64,000 nucleotides of DNA from a virus (lineage: Duplodnaviria; Caudoviricetes), in the IMG/VR virus record IMGVR_UViG_638276471_000001, positions 3,189-67,188 of that record; one strand, written 5' to 3'. The number at the start of each line of letters is the position of its first letter. Positions within the stretch are counted from its first letter, which is position 1. This document shows, one piece after another, positions 29,589-39,266 of the stretch. The notes beneath the pieces were generated by a model. That model was not told where the DNA came from. It saw only the letters and a program-made list of their open reading frames with translations, and ran no database searches. The translations under genes and the position numbers were made by a program.

Positions 29589-30793
29589 TGGCAGGCTGGC
29601 TCCCGGACGTTCCGACCATTCACACCGTCACGCGGCGTGGCTGGTTCAGCACGCCGGTGCCGCCGCCGGGCCCGGCCCCCGAGAAGGGCTGGTGGGCAGT
29701 CCTGTCCATCGACAACACGCTGTCGGTGGAACTGGTCAGCACCACCGAGCTGGAAGTGCTCGGCGGCATGGGCGTGGTGGCGTCGGTGGAACTCACGCGC
29801 GAGGTCGCGCTCCAGAAGCTCGGCATGCTGGCCGTGCAGCGCGCGGTGGCCGTCGGCGGCGCGGCAACGCTCGGCAAGCTCCAGAGCTTTGACCTGGAGA
29901 CGGTGCTGGAGCTGGCGAGCGCGGTGACGGTAGGCCGGGTGGCCAACCTAGACATCGCGCGTTCTGAGGCGCTGGAAGCCGCTGTGGCGCTCGAAAAAGT
30001 GCTCCCCCTGGCGATTGCCCAGACGGCCACCGCTGAGCGCGCCGTGGACCTGGAGCGCGTCGGCACGCTGGAGGTCACCAGGCTGTTCCAGACCTACCGC
30101 GAGGTTGAGCTGGTGAAGACCGGCGGCCTGGCCGTCGCTATGCCGCTCGCGCTGGCCAACACGGTGGAGCTGCTGCGCCGACGGAACATCCTCCTGGCGT
30201 CGGGGTTCGTGATCGGCGCGGCGGCAGCGATGGGCTTCCAGCCGCTCACGCCGGTGACCCAGAGCTTCACGACGGCTGGGGCGTACACCTACACCTTTCC
30301 GCGCAACGCGATCTTCTTCGACCGGATCATGCTCGGCGGTGGCGGCGGCGGCAAGGGCATGGCATTTGTCGACGCGTGGGGGTCGGGCGGCAACGGTGGC
30401 AGCTACGAGTCCGACACGGTGCAGCGTGGCGTGGACTTCGCGTGGTCGGTGACCTCGTTCACCGGCACGGTCGGCCAAGGCGGTCAGGGCGGTGCCGGGT
30501 CATTCAGCAACGGTGCGCCCGGCGCCACCGGGCAGGCGACCACGTCGCTGGTGTCCGGCGGTACGACGCTGACCGCTGCGGGCGGCGCGGGCGGCACCAC
30601 CGCGAACCCCGCGAACGTCGCCGGAAAGTCGCCGGGCGACCGGACACAGGGCGGGTTGACGGTGACCGGTGGTGCTCAGGTGGCGTCCGGCAACGGCAAC
30701 GTTCCTGGCGGCGGCGGGGCCGGTGCCGTCGTGTCGACCACGCCTGGCGGTACCGGCGCGCGTGGCGTGGCGGCGTATCGCGCATACCAGTAG
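29588..30793 (+). CDS. minor tail protein, glycine-rich
   Basis: TGATG overlap; GGGGGG and PGGGGAGA runs. Confidence 0.8.
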   Translation: MAGWLPDVPTIHTVTRRGWFSTPVPPPGPAPEKGWWAVLSIDNTLSVELVSTTELEVLGGMGVVASVELTREVALQKLGMLAVQRAVAVGGAATLGKLQSFDLETVLELASAVTVGRVANLDIARSEALEAAVALEKVLPLAIAQTATAERAVDLERVGTLEVTRLFQTYREVELVKTGGLAVAMPLALANTVELLRRRNILLASGFVIGAAAAMGFQPLTPVTQSFTTAGAYTYTFPRNAIFFDRIMLGGGGGGKGMAFVDAWGSGGNGGSYESDTVQRGVDFAWSVTSFTGTVGQGGQGGAGSFSNGAPGATGQATTSLVSGGTTLTAAGGAGGTTANPANVAGKSPGDRTQGGLTVTGGAQVASGNGNVPGGGGAGAVVSTTPGGTGARGVAAYRAYQ

Positions 30794-30819
30794 TCACTCC
30801 CAAGTGAAAGGATGGCCGC

Positions 30820-31203
30820 ATGACCGTCGGCATCACCAGTTACCTGGCGAACAAGCTGCTCGACCACGTCGGGCGCAATGTCGCCTACACCCCGCCAGCG
30901 GTGGTGTACGTCAAGGCGCACACCGGCGACCCCGGCGCGTCCGGTGCCAGCAACGCCAGCGCGCAAACCACCCGCCTGGCCGTCAGCTTCGCCGCTGCGG
31001 CGGGCGGGACCATGACGGCGAACACCGCGCCGGAATGGACACTCAACGCCACCGAGACCATCACGCACGTGTCGTTCTGGGACGCCAGCTCTGGCGGAAA
31101 CTGCCTATGGACGTCACAAGCTACCGTGTCCAAGGGCGGTGTTTCCGGCGACATCATCCGCATCTCGTCCAACACGCTGTCGTTCGGCCCGATTGCCGCA
31201 TAG
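30820..31203 (+). CDS. minor tail/fibre protein
   Basis: YLANKLLDH, HTGDPG, ITHVSFWDASSGGNCL; AAAGGA RBS. Confidence 0.78.
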   Translation: MTVGITSYLANKLLDHVGRNVAYTPPAVVYVKAHTGDPGASGASNASAQTTRLAVSFAAAAGGTMTANTAPEWTLNATETITHVSFWDASSGGNCLWTSQATVSKGGVSGDIIRISSNTLSFGPIAA

Positions 31204-31211
31204 GAGGCCTC

Positions 31212-31634
31212 ATGCCAGAAAACGATCAGAACACCTGGGCGGTGCGGTGGGAGGCGGCGCAGCTGCCGGTCGGCCTGATCCCGGAGTGCCCGCCGCCGCC
31301 GGTGTACCCGGCCGACCAGCTCCCGCCGGTCACCTATGACCCGGCCACCGGCAACCCGATTCCACCGGAGTACACCCCCGAACAGCAGGAGCTGGTCGAC
31401 AACTACCAGGCTCAGGCAGAGGTGTACGCCGACTGCGTGGCGCAGTGGAATGCGGCGGTGGACGCCGTGCTGGCCGACGACGCCAACTGGACCATTGCCA
31501 TGACCACCGCCTCCAGCGAGAGCGTGGCCCGCGCGCTGCTGGCCGAGCTGCGCCTGGCGCACGCAGGCGACAAGTACACCCGCAACTTCCGGCTGGTCAC
31601 CGCGCCGCCGCGCAGCTGGACCGTGGTCGAGTAG
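31212..31634 (+). CDS. hypothetical tail-associated protein
   Basis: AGGAGG RBS; Pro-rich. Confidence 0.7.
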   Translation: MPENDQNTWAVRWEAAQLPVGLIPECPPPPVYPADQLPPVTYDPATGNPIPPEYTPEQQELVDNYQAQAEVYADCVAQWNAAVDAVLADDANWTIAMTTASSESVARALLAELRLAHAGDKYTRNFRLVTAPPRSWTVVE

Positions 31635-31645
31635 GGAGGCCACCA

Positions 31646-32290
31646 ATGGCCGTTATGGACTTCACCGAACCCAACGTCTGCATTGCGGAAAACCTGACCA
31701 CCGACGACGGCGGTCTGCTGCGCATGCAGCCGTGGGCGGTTCCGCGCGTTGTGCGCGACGTGAAGGCCCTGGCCAACGACGGCAACGGCAAGGTCTACCC
31801 GACCGAGAAACTGCCCGGCAAGCTCCTGATCAACCAGCGGCTGGACTGGCGCAACGACACCCCCTTGGAGCAGGCCGTGCTGATCCGGGTGACGCGTGCG
31901 GCGCGCGAATGGGTCACCAGCAACCCCAACGCGATTCAGTTCCGCGACCGGTGGAGCTTCGCGCTCAACCATCAGCCGTCGGTGCCGGTCACCTCCGGGT
32001 ACTTCAACAGCCAGCTCGGCTCTGCAATCGACCTGGGCACCAACTCGGTGGCCGAGCCGGAACCGGGTGTGCAGTGGAACTGGGTGCCGGTGTCCACCTC
32101 CGAGGAGTGGGTGCCGTACCTGGTGCCGCCCGGTTCGACGTTCTACTTCTGGTACCGGTGTTACCTGTGGACACCACCGCCGTGGAGCGACAACGCGAAC
32201 AAGAACTCGCCCAAGCACACCGCATTCGCCAAGTGGACGCGGTGCCAGCTGTGGGCGTTCCCGCAACAGGGCAACCTGGTGGCCGGATGA
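31646..32290 (+). CDS. minor tail protein (paralog 1 of 3)
   Basis: GGGAGG RBS; QPWAVPRVV, WRNDTPLEQ. Confidence 0.72.
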   Translation: MAVMDFTEPNVCIAENLTTDDGGLLRMQPWAVPRVVRDVKALANDGNGKVYPTEKLPGKLLINQRLDWRNDTPLEQAVLIRVTRAAREWVTSNPNAIQFRDRWSFALNHQPSVPVTSGYFNSQLGSAIDLGTNSVAEPEPGVQWNWVPVSTSEEWVPYLVPPGSTFYFWYRCYLWTPPPWSDNANKNSPKHTAFAKWTRCQLWAFPQQGNLVAG

Positions 32291-32439
32291 GCCGCCGAGG
32301 AGCGCGGGAGGCGATGGTCCCGCCGGACAGCGGGCGACCGTTGCGGCCGGGCCGCGACTGTCCGAACTGCGCAACGTCGCTGCGCGTTGAGGAGCACCGG
32401 CGCTACTGCACCGAGTGCGGGCACGAGGAGCCGCGATGA
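32287..32439 (+). CDS. 50-aa zinc-ribbon protein
   Basis: ATGA overlaps at both ends; CPNC...CTECG. Confidence 0.6.
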   Translation: MSRRGAREAMVPPDSGRPLRPGRDCPNCATSLRVEEHRRYCTECGHEEPR

Positions 32440-33035
32440 GCGTCAAGGTCTGCACGTTCGAGTACATGCTGTCCACCGTCAACGGAATGGACCTTGCGCG
32501 GCACTACTTTCCGCGCGTGGTGGCCGAGTCGTTCCTGGAGTCGACAAAGGACGGCGAGATCAAGCTCTCGCCTGACCCGGTCACCATGATCGACGGTGAC
32601 CTGACCTGGTTCAACAACACCAGCGACGACCAATGGGTGGTGGTGCAGACCCAGCGCGCGCCGCGCTCCATCGTGGCGCAGTCCCCGGCGACGGTGGTCA
32701 TTCACGACGCCGCCAGCTTCGACGTAGGCATCTCCCCGCAGGCCGACTATCCAAGCGTCATGCAGGACACATTCGGCGGTCGCGGCCAGGTGGACCGCAA
32801 AGAGGCTCGCGCCGAGGACCTGCTCTACGGGCGGCTGTTCTACGACAGCGACTCCACGCAGGCCTGGCGCACAGTCGGGGTGGTGCCCGCCGGACAGAGC
32901 ATGCACTACCGGCATCTGACCGCCGTGCAGACACCGGGCACCTGGATCAGCCCGAGCGAGTTCGAGCCGCGATGGGAGGCAAGCGCGCGGTGGGTGCGCC
33001 TGCTGGCCTTCGCCACACCTGTGGGGGCGCAGTGA
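32436..33035 (+). CDS. minor tail protein (paralog 2 of 3)
   Basis: GAGGAG RBS; YFPRVV, WFNNTSDDQWV. Confidence 0.72.
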   Translation: MSVKVCTFEYMLSTVNGMDLARHYFPRVVAESFLESTKDGEIKLSPDPVTMIDGDLTWFNNTSDDQWVVVQTQRAPRSIVAQSPATVVIHDAASFDVGISPQADYPSVMQDTFGGRGQVDRKEARAEDLLYGRLFYDSDSTQAWRTVGVVPAGQSMHYRHLTAVQTPGTWISPSEFEPRWEASARWVRLLAFATPVGAQ

Positions 33036-34345
33036 CACATCCCGATCATTTCGCGGTCGTTGGCGACGCGCTGGCACCTCAGCCGTGGATGCAGCTGCGC
33101 AGCGTGGCCACCGCCGAGACCGCTGGCGTGGCCAAGAGCTATGAGGTGTCCGGCGGCCTGGCCAAGAACGAGGCGGTGCTCTCGCTGTCCACCCGGTGGA
33201 CCAACAACTCGCCGGTGCCACAGTGGGTGTACGGCATGGTGTCCAACGAAGGCAACGCCGTCTACCTCCAGGCGCGCTCGCGGGCCTACCTCCTCGAGCG
33301 CCACGGCTTCGTGGTGGACGACGACCCTGCTGGCGTAACCATGGTGGACGTGAGCAAGTGCGGCACCGGGTTCGACATCGGCAAGGCCGGGACGCTGAGC
33401 CTGGGCACGGCGTTCGGGATCAGCGAGTACCGGGCGCATTCCGGCACCTACCCGCTCATGCCGCAGATGACCGGCATGACCCTGGTGGCCCCCGGTGAGA
33501 CGTTCCAGGCACGCGTGGAGCTGCGGTTCGTCAGCGAATACTGGGAGGCCACCACCATCGACGGCGGCGAGACTGGGTCGGAGTCCGGGTACGTCGCCGG
33601 GGGTTACCGCATCGACCTGTTCGCCGTCCCGGCGCTGACGCCGCCAGGGCCGCGCCCGGTGCCGACGCTGGTCGGCGGCGGCTCGGTCAGCTACGACACC
33701 CAGACCAGCTCCACCACCGAGGTCGAGGTGCCGGAGGACGTGGAAGAAGGCGACATGCTGGTGGCCGTGGTCGGCAACCAGCTCGGACTGGCCGGTGGCA
33801 TCGCACCGGTCGAGGCCGGGTGGACACGCCTGCTGGTGGTCAACGACGGCCAGTTCGGTTTCGCCGACGCGCACCTAAAGGTGTACATCCGGCGCGCGGG
33901 GTCCGATGAGCCGGACACCTACTCGTTCACCAACAACCTGCTGGCGCAGCAGATCGCCTGCCTGTTCGCGGTGCGCGATGCTGCGGAGAACGTTGAGGAG
34001 GGCTGGCGTGCCGCCAGCGCACTGCGCCGCCAGTTCTGGGAGCGCGCCGAGGGCCACGTCGCGCCGAGCATCGACGCGCGCGGCCAGCTGCTGGTGTGCG
34101 TGAGCTATTTCGCCAAACCGGTGCTCGCACCGGATATCACCCAGACACCGCCCGAGGACATGTCCGAGCTGGTGGACATCGCCAAGAGCGCGTCCAGCAT
34201 GGCCATTGCCTACCTGGAAAGCCCGCCGCAACCGACCGGCGAGCGCGCGTTCACGCTCAGCCAGGAGCCGCTGGGTGTGCTCGGCAGCTTGCCCAACCGT
34301 ACGATCACGGCCACTATCCTGATTCCAGGTGCGTACGGCTCTTAG
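33032..34345 (+). CDS. minor tail protein (paralog 3 of 3, extra C-terminal domain)
   Basis: GTGA overlap; QPWMQLRSV, WTNNSPVPQWV; GDMLVAVV...GWT...EPDTYSF domain. Confidence 0.72.
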   Translation: MTHPDHFAVVGDALAPQPWMQLRSVATAETAGVAKSYEVSGGLAKNEAVLSLSTRWTNNSPVPQWVYGMVSNEGNAVYLQARSRAYLLERHGFVVDDDPAGVTMVDVSKCGTGFDIGKAGTLSLGTAFGISEYRAHSGTYPLMPQMTGMTLVAPGETFQARVELRFVSEYWEATTIDGGETGSESGYVAGGYRIDLFAVPALTPPGPRPVPTLVGGGSVSYDTQTSSTTEVEVPEDVEEGDMLVAVVGNQLGLAGGIAPVEAGWTRLLVVNDGQFGFADAHLKVYIRRAGSDEPDTYSFTNNLLAQQIACLFAVRDAAENVEEGWRAASALRRQFWERAEGHVAPSIDARGQLLVCVSYFAKPVLAPDITQTPPEDMSELVDIAKSASSMAIAYLESPPQPTGERAFTLSQEPLGVLGSLPNRTITATILIPGAYGS

Positions 34346-34375
34346 CGGGCCGCACAGCGCCGTATAGGAGGCCTC

Positions 34376-34732
34376 GTGTACGACCCGCCACCCGGTTACG
34401 ACGACCTGATGCACGACTGCGGCGGCGATGACCCGCCGGTGGACCCGGTGTACCGGGAGCTGGAGGTGCCCGGCATCGGTACCGTGCGGGCCCGGCCGCC
34501 CATGCCGAACGCCGTCGGTGCGCTGGCCATGGCCGCCCGGTCAGGCATCGACCCGGTGCGCCAGGTGGATTACCTGGGCCTGTTCGTACGCAACCACCTT
34601 GCGCCCGGCGAGGTGGAGCGCCTGCTCGTTGGCCAGATGGAAGGTCAGTACCCGACTGACACGATCCAGCAGGTGGCGAAGGCGGTGAGTGTGTGGGGCA
34701 CGGCGCGCCCTACACAGCGGTCATCTCGCTGA
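34376..34732 (+). CDS. second tail assembly chaperone G-like ORF
   Basis: AGGAGG RBS; aligns with 18215-18700; ends ...GTARPT. Confidence 0.65.
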   Translation: MYDPPPGYDDLMHDCGGDDPPVDPVYRELEVPGIGTVRARPPMPNAVGALAMAARSGIDPVRQVDYLGLFVRNHLAPGEVERLLVGQMEGQYPTDTIQQVAKAVSVWGTARPTQRSSR

Positions 34733-35058
34733 GCGTGATGGCCGCGCACCATTGGCGCACGATCCGTACCCGGTTGCTCAACAACGGCATCGACAACCTG
34801 ATGCAGCTCACCAGCATGCACGCCCTGCTCGACGCGGTGGAGGCCATCGTCCTGGAGGCCATCGTTGCCGACGCGGTGAAGCCGGAACAGGCCAAGCACA
34901 AGCGCGACCAGTTCCTGGACGCCCTGTACGCGCCGACCACCCCCGAGGCCAAGAAGCTCAACGGTGACGGCTACAAACCGCCGCCGTCGGAGTTCGCGGT
35001 GCCGGAGCAAGTGGAGGCCGACTTCGACGCATTCGCGCGCATGGTCGCCGGACGATAA
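34708..35058 (+). CDS. T-like ORF, probably reached by -1 frameshift at C-CCT-AC
   Basis: Open in -1 frame across the end of the G-like ORF; no RBS before GTG34735/ATG34738. Confidence 0.55.
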   Translation, partial: PYTAVISLSVMAAHHWRTIRTRLLNNGIDNLMQLTSMHALLDAVEAIVLEAIVADAVKPEQAKHKRDQFLDALYAPTTPEAKKLNGDGYKPPPSEFAVPEQVEADFDAFARMVAGR

Positions 35059-35083
35059 CACCGCGAGCAGTTACCCTGACCTC

Positions 35084-35500
35084 GTGAGTGAGATTGTGTT
35101 CGCGCTCGACATGAGCAAGCCTGTCGGCCAGCGCATGTCCCCGGAGCTGATCGCCGAAATTCAGGCCGTGGCTCCCAGCGTGGTGGTCAACGGGTCGATC
35201 ACCGAGGCCAAGCTCAAGGACAAGGCGGTGACCACGCCCAAGCTCAACGAGGGCGCGGTCACCAGTCCCAAGATCGCTACCGGCGGCGTGGAGACCGAGA
35301 ACCTGGCCGATTCGGCGGTGACCACGTCCAAGGTTGCCGACGGCGCGATCACCGCCGACAAGGCAGGCACCGGCGTCAGCAAGGCCACCGACGCCGACGG
35401 CGAGCCGATTGAGAACGACTTCCGGTTCGTGACGGCCAGCCAGTTCGCCGCAATCGAGTCGCCGGACCCCAACATCACGTACATGATTGGGCCGGACTAG
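35084..35500 (+). CDS. tail protein with 10-aa (A/S)(I/V)TxxK(L/I) repeats
   Basis: SITEAKLKDK AVTTPKLNEG AVTSPKIATG GVETENLADS AVTTSKVADG AITADK. Confidence 0.7.
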   Translation: MSEIVFALDMSKPVGQRMSPELIAEIQAVAPSVVVNGSITEAKLKDKAVTTPKLNEGAVTSPKIATGGVETENLADSAVTTSKVADGAITADKAGTGVSKATDADGEPIENDFRFVTASQFAAIESPDPNITYMIGPD

Positions 35501-36196
35501 GTGTCGATCAGCCGTCTGGGCGGTATCTCCCGCATTCACCGCAACGGCGTCGACCTGATCCAGGTCCGGCGCGGCTCCCAGCTGATCTGGTCGAGCAACA
35601 TCCTCCTGGACACGTTCAACCGGGACGACGCCAACACGCTCGGTGAGCATTGGACCAGCACCGGAACCGGGTACAAGCTGGGCATTTCCAGCGGCGGTGC
35701 CCGCCTGGCGGTACCCGACGGCCTGGTGGCCCTGGCGCTCAACACCGATTACGCACGGTTCAACGCCGCCACGCTGGACAGCGACGACTACGACCTGGAG
35801 ATCGTGGTTGGGTCGAAAGGTGCCAGCGACTCCATCACCGGCACCAAGCACCGCACCGAGGTGTTCGCGCGTGGGTCCAACACCGGCGTCACGCACGGCG
35901 TCGGTATCGACCTCTACGGCTCGGCGGTGTCCATTGTGCGCCGGGTGGCCAGCGTCAACACGATCATGAAGGCCGGTGGTGCCTACGCACCCGGTGACCG
36001 GGTACGCCTGCGCGGGGTCGGCAACCTGCACAACCTCTACGTCAACGGCGAGTTCCGGGTGCAATGGGATGACTCCAGCGGCACCGCCCAGAAGGGGTCG
36101 GGGTACCGCTCGCTGATCTTGCGCGCCGACGGGTCCAAGGACTTGCTTGGACCACGCCGGTTCAGCGCCTCTATCGACTCGGTGCAGCTCGCCTAA
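35501..36196 (+). CDS. minor tail protein, lectin-like
   Basis: DTFNRDD...LG..W; similar to C-terminus of 26868-29588. Confidence 0.72.
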   Translation: MSISRLGGISRIHRNGVDLIQVRRGSQLIWSSNILLDTFNRDDANTLGEHWTSTGTGYKLGISSGGARLAVPDGLVALALNTDYARFNAATLDSDDYDLEIVVGSKGASDSITGTKHRTEVFARGSNTGVTHGVGIDLYGSAVSIVRRVASVNTIMKAGGAYAPGDRVRLRGVGNLHNLYVNGEFRVQWDDSSGTAQKGSGYRSLILRADGSKDLLGPRRFSASIDSVQLA

Positions 36197-36399
36197 CGAG
36201 CGCCCCAGTTGCCGCGCCCAGGCCGGTTGGCCGCCCACTCGTCAATGGTGTCGGGGAACCAGCCCTTGTACGGCCCGATCACCGCGTCGGGTGTCGGCAG
36301 TTTGATACGCGACAAGGACCGTGGCCCCAGGCCGAGGCGTGCGGCTACCTCGGCTCGTGACAGGTACACCACGGTCTTGCGCTGCTTCTCCTTGGCCAT
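36193..36399 (-). CDS. small AlpA-like HTH DNA-binding protein
   Basis: YLSRAEVAARLGL...LPTPDAVIG...GW...TIDEW. Confidence 0.75.
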   Translation of the reverse strand: MAKEKQRKTVVYLSRAEVAARLGLGPRSLSRIKLPTPDAVIGPYKGWFPDTIDEWAANRPGRGNWGAR

Positions 36400-36429
36400 G
36401 CACGGGATAATACCGCCGTGCGTGCAGGC

Positions 36430-36819
36430 CTAATCCTCGCCGGACAGCACCGGACGGATCAGGCCGCCCTCAACAGCTGCTCGGGCCACCACGCAGCGCT
36501 CCCACTCCTGGCGGGGGTCGCGCGGCACGGTCACCTCCAGGTACCGGCCTCCGCGTGCCTCGTGCTCGCGCTCGGCCGCCGAGATGACCGAGTCCACCTC
36601 GCTGTCGAACTTGTCCACCAGGGTGTCCACCGTGGTCATGAGACCGGGTGGCATGGCGTCCTGGCCGTTCTCGATGCGCTGGTAGCTGCGCCGGTCCATG
36701 TCGGACAGGTGCTTGGCCATACCGCGCTGGCTGAGTCCGATGTACAGGCGCTTGGCGCGCATCAGCTCGCCCAGGCCGTCGGTGTAGTCGGCGGGTTCTT
36801 TGGTCGTTGTGTCGGTCAT
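36430..36819 (-). CDS. XRE-family HTH protein
   Basis: MRAKRLYIGLSQRGMA...YQRIENG; AGGAGG RBS. Confidence 0.8.
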   Translation of the reverse strand: MTDTTTKEPADYTDGLGELMRAKRLYIGLSQRGMAKHLSDMDRRSYQRIENGQDAMPPGLMTTVDTLVDKFDSEVDSVISAAEREHEARGGRYLEVTVPRDPRQEWERCVVARAAVEGGLIRPVLSGED

Positions 36820-36893
36820 GACGTCCTCCTGTGGTTATGGCGGTGCCCGGAGCGCCATCCCCTGCGCTCCGGGCACCTGGTCGGTGTGGTGGC

Positions 36894-37659
36894 TTACCAG
36901 CCTGCGTTAGCGGCGCAGACCGGGCCGATCCCCCTCGCACGGCTCTCGTCGTTGGTCAGCGTGCGGTCGCAGATACCGCAGCGGCCGATCTCGTGGCCGT
37001 AGCGGGCGCTGGCGGCCTCGGCACCGACCTCGGCGATCCTGTTCAGGACGGCCTTGCTGGCGGCGAAGCTCATGCGCTGCTCGCTGTCGCTGACCAGGAG
37101 CTTGACGAACACGTACCCGGCCCACTTGCCGGTCTCGGGGCGGTCGACCTTGTAGAAGGCCACCCCGTTGACCGCGCCGTCGTTGGTGTCGATGGCGTAG
37201 CGCCCGGCAGGCACGACCTCGGCGCTGGGCAGGTCGCTGGCGGCGGCCTTGGCCTTGGGGGCCTCGGCGGTGGCGGCCTTCGGCAGGCCGGTCAGCCACT
37301 CGATCATCTTGGACGCACCGGCCTTGGTCAGCGGTGCCCAGGCGGCCGCCTGCTCGGGGGTCTCGGCGGTCTGCGCCGAGTGCGCCAGCACCTGGGTTGA
37401 CGCGCACGCCCAGGTTGTCGGCGGTGGCGACCTCCGCGACCTCCAGGAGCTGGGCGAAGCCCTCGGTGATCTCCGGGTCGGTGGTGGTCAGCACGTCCAG
37501 CACCACGTTGATCACCGCCGCGCGGCCGACGAACTTGGGGGCCTGGCCCCGCCAGTCGCGCTCGGCCAGCAAGGTGGCGACGAACTTCAGCTGGGCGGCG
37601 GTGGCCGGGACGACCAGCGCGGCGGGGGCGGTGGCGGTGGTGTTGAAGGGAGTGCTCAT
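36894..37659 (-). pseudogene. DUF6011-domain gene split by an apparent +1 frameshift near 37395
   Basis: MSTPFN... ORF and downstream CGICDRTLT..ESRARGIGPVC ORF join if one C of AACCCAG is removed. Confidence 0.6.
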
Positions 37660-37667
37660 GGTGTCGG

Positions 37668-37739
37668 TCCTTTCTCAGGTGGCGGGTCCGTCCCGCCGTA
37701 CAACGCACATATTACGGCACGCATGGCTGCATTGTCTCC
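37668..37739 (-). promoter_or_regulatory. repeat expression cassette copy 3
   Basis: GAGACA-N18-TAATAT-N6-TGTACGGCGGGACGGACCCGCCACCTGAGAAAGGA. Confidence 0.8.
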
Positions 37740-37754
37740 TGATACGTTGACGCC

Positions 37755-39266
37755 GTGGCGCTAGGAATGACTCTGGAGAACGGATGGCCCGAGTGCGACC
37801 TGGCCGATTGCGACTACGCGACGATTCCGGGCACGCCGCTGCGGCTGCCGTTCCAGCGCGGTATCCCGTTCATCATCTTGCAGGCCTTTCTGCGTGACCT
37901 GAACGATTTCATCGAGCCTGCCGACAACGCACGGCACTACACCGACGAAGGCAGCTGGACCGAGGACAACTCGGTGTACACCTCGAACCACAAGGGCGCG
38001 ACGGCCTTCGACTACAACTGGTCTGATCATCCTCTGGGGTACGCCGCGCCGGACCCGCGCGCGGGGTGGAACGGGTCGGTGCTGATCAAAGGCGACCAGA
38101 CGCCAGCGGTGCGCGAGCTGCTGGCCTGGTACACCTTTGAAGGCCTCCAGCTTGTGTGGTGGGGCAACGACTGGAACTCGCCCAAGGACTCGATGCACTT
38201 CCAGATGGGCTACGGCACCGCGACCGCCGACGGCCGGGCCAAGGCCACCCGGTTCATCGACCGATTCATCCGGGCCGATGGCTATTCGACCTACCGTCGC
38301 GGTGGCGTCCCCCGTGGCGGTGGTGCGGCGGTGCCGCCGGTGTCAGTGGGGCTGACCCCGGCGGTGCTGGCCAAGGTGATGGACAACCGGGTGTCCATGG
38401 CCCGCTACGAGGCCCTGGCACCGCAGCTCATCTCTGCCTTCCACCTGGCCGGGTGCGACACCTTGCTTCGGCGGCGGCATTTCCTGGCGCAGGTCGGCCA
38501 CGAGTCCGGCGGCCTGAAATACCAGGAGGAGATCGCCTCCGGTGCGGCGTACGAAGGCCGGGCCGACCTCGGCAACACCCAGCGCGGCGACGGCGTGCGG
38601 TTCAAGGGACGCGACTTCATCCAGATCACCGGGCGGTCCAACTACACCCGGTTGAGCCAGTGGGCGTACGGACGCGGCCAGGTGCCGACGCCGACGTTCT
38701 TCGTGGACCACCCGGAGGCGCTGGCCACCGACGCGTACGCGTTCCTCGGCGTGGTCTGGTACTGGACGCAGGCCCGCGACATGAACGCGCTGGCCGACCG
38801 CGACGACATCGTGGCCGTGACCAAGGCGGTCAACGGCGGCACCAACGGCCTGGAGGACCGCAAGGCGTTCTATGCCCGCGCGGTGGCCGCTGGCGACAAC
38901 CTCCTGGATCCCGTACCGACCGACGAATGGGAGGCCCTGATGGCCGACGGGCAGAAAGACCAGTCACGGTCGATCTACCGCACCGACAACAACCGAGTGT
39001 TCACCGCGCGCGACATGGTGTTCAACGCCGACGCCACCACGCACGGCCTGTGGGTCGAGAGCGCCGCACTGCGCGGTGAGCAATGGGCCGTGGAGCTGGT
39101 GGCCGACGTGGCCGCCGGTGTCGGCACCGGCGCGAAGACGTGGTGGGACGCGAGCAAGACCGACACCTGGGCAATCCAGCACGCCCAGCAGGTGCTTCGG
39201 GTTATCGAGGCCACCAACCCGGCCGCCCTGGCCACCTACATCGCCAACCGGAAAGGCAGCAACTGA
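37755..39266 (+). CDS. lysA: lysin A (M15-like peptidase + GH19 glycoside hydrolase)
   Basis: SNHKGATAFDYNW...DSMHF; FLAQVGHESG, GRDFIQITGRSNY, VNGGTNGLEDRK. Confidence 0.92.
   Translation: MALGMTLENGWPECDLADCDYATIPGTPLRLPFQRGIPFIILQAFLRDLNDFIEPADNARHYTDEGSWTEDNSVYTSNHKGATAFDYNWSDHPLGYAAPDPRAGWNGSVLIKGDQTPAVRELLAWYTFEGLQLVWWGNDWNSPKDSMHFQMGYGTATADGRAKATRFIDRFIRADGYSTYRRGGVPRGGGAAVPPVSVGLTPAVLAKVMDNRVSMARYEALAPQLISAFHLAGCDTLLRRRHFLAQVGHESGGLKYQEEIASGAAYEGRADLGNTQRGDGVRFKGRDFIQITGRSNYTRLSQWAYGRGQVPTPTFFVDHPEALATDAYAFLGVVWYWTQARDMNALADRDDIVAVTKAVNGGTNGLEDRKAFYARAVAAGDNLLDPVPTDEWEALMADGQKDQSRSIYRTDNNRVFTARDMVFNADATTHGLWVESAALRGEQWAVELVADVAAGVGTGAKTWWDASKTDTWAIQHAQQVLRVIEATNPAALATYIANRKGSN

Noticed and set aside
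36430-36819. XRE protein as immunity repressor of a temperate phage
   Set aside because: No integrase, parAB or attP recognised in the window
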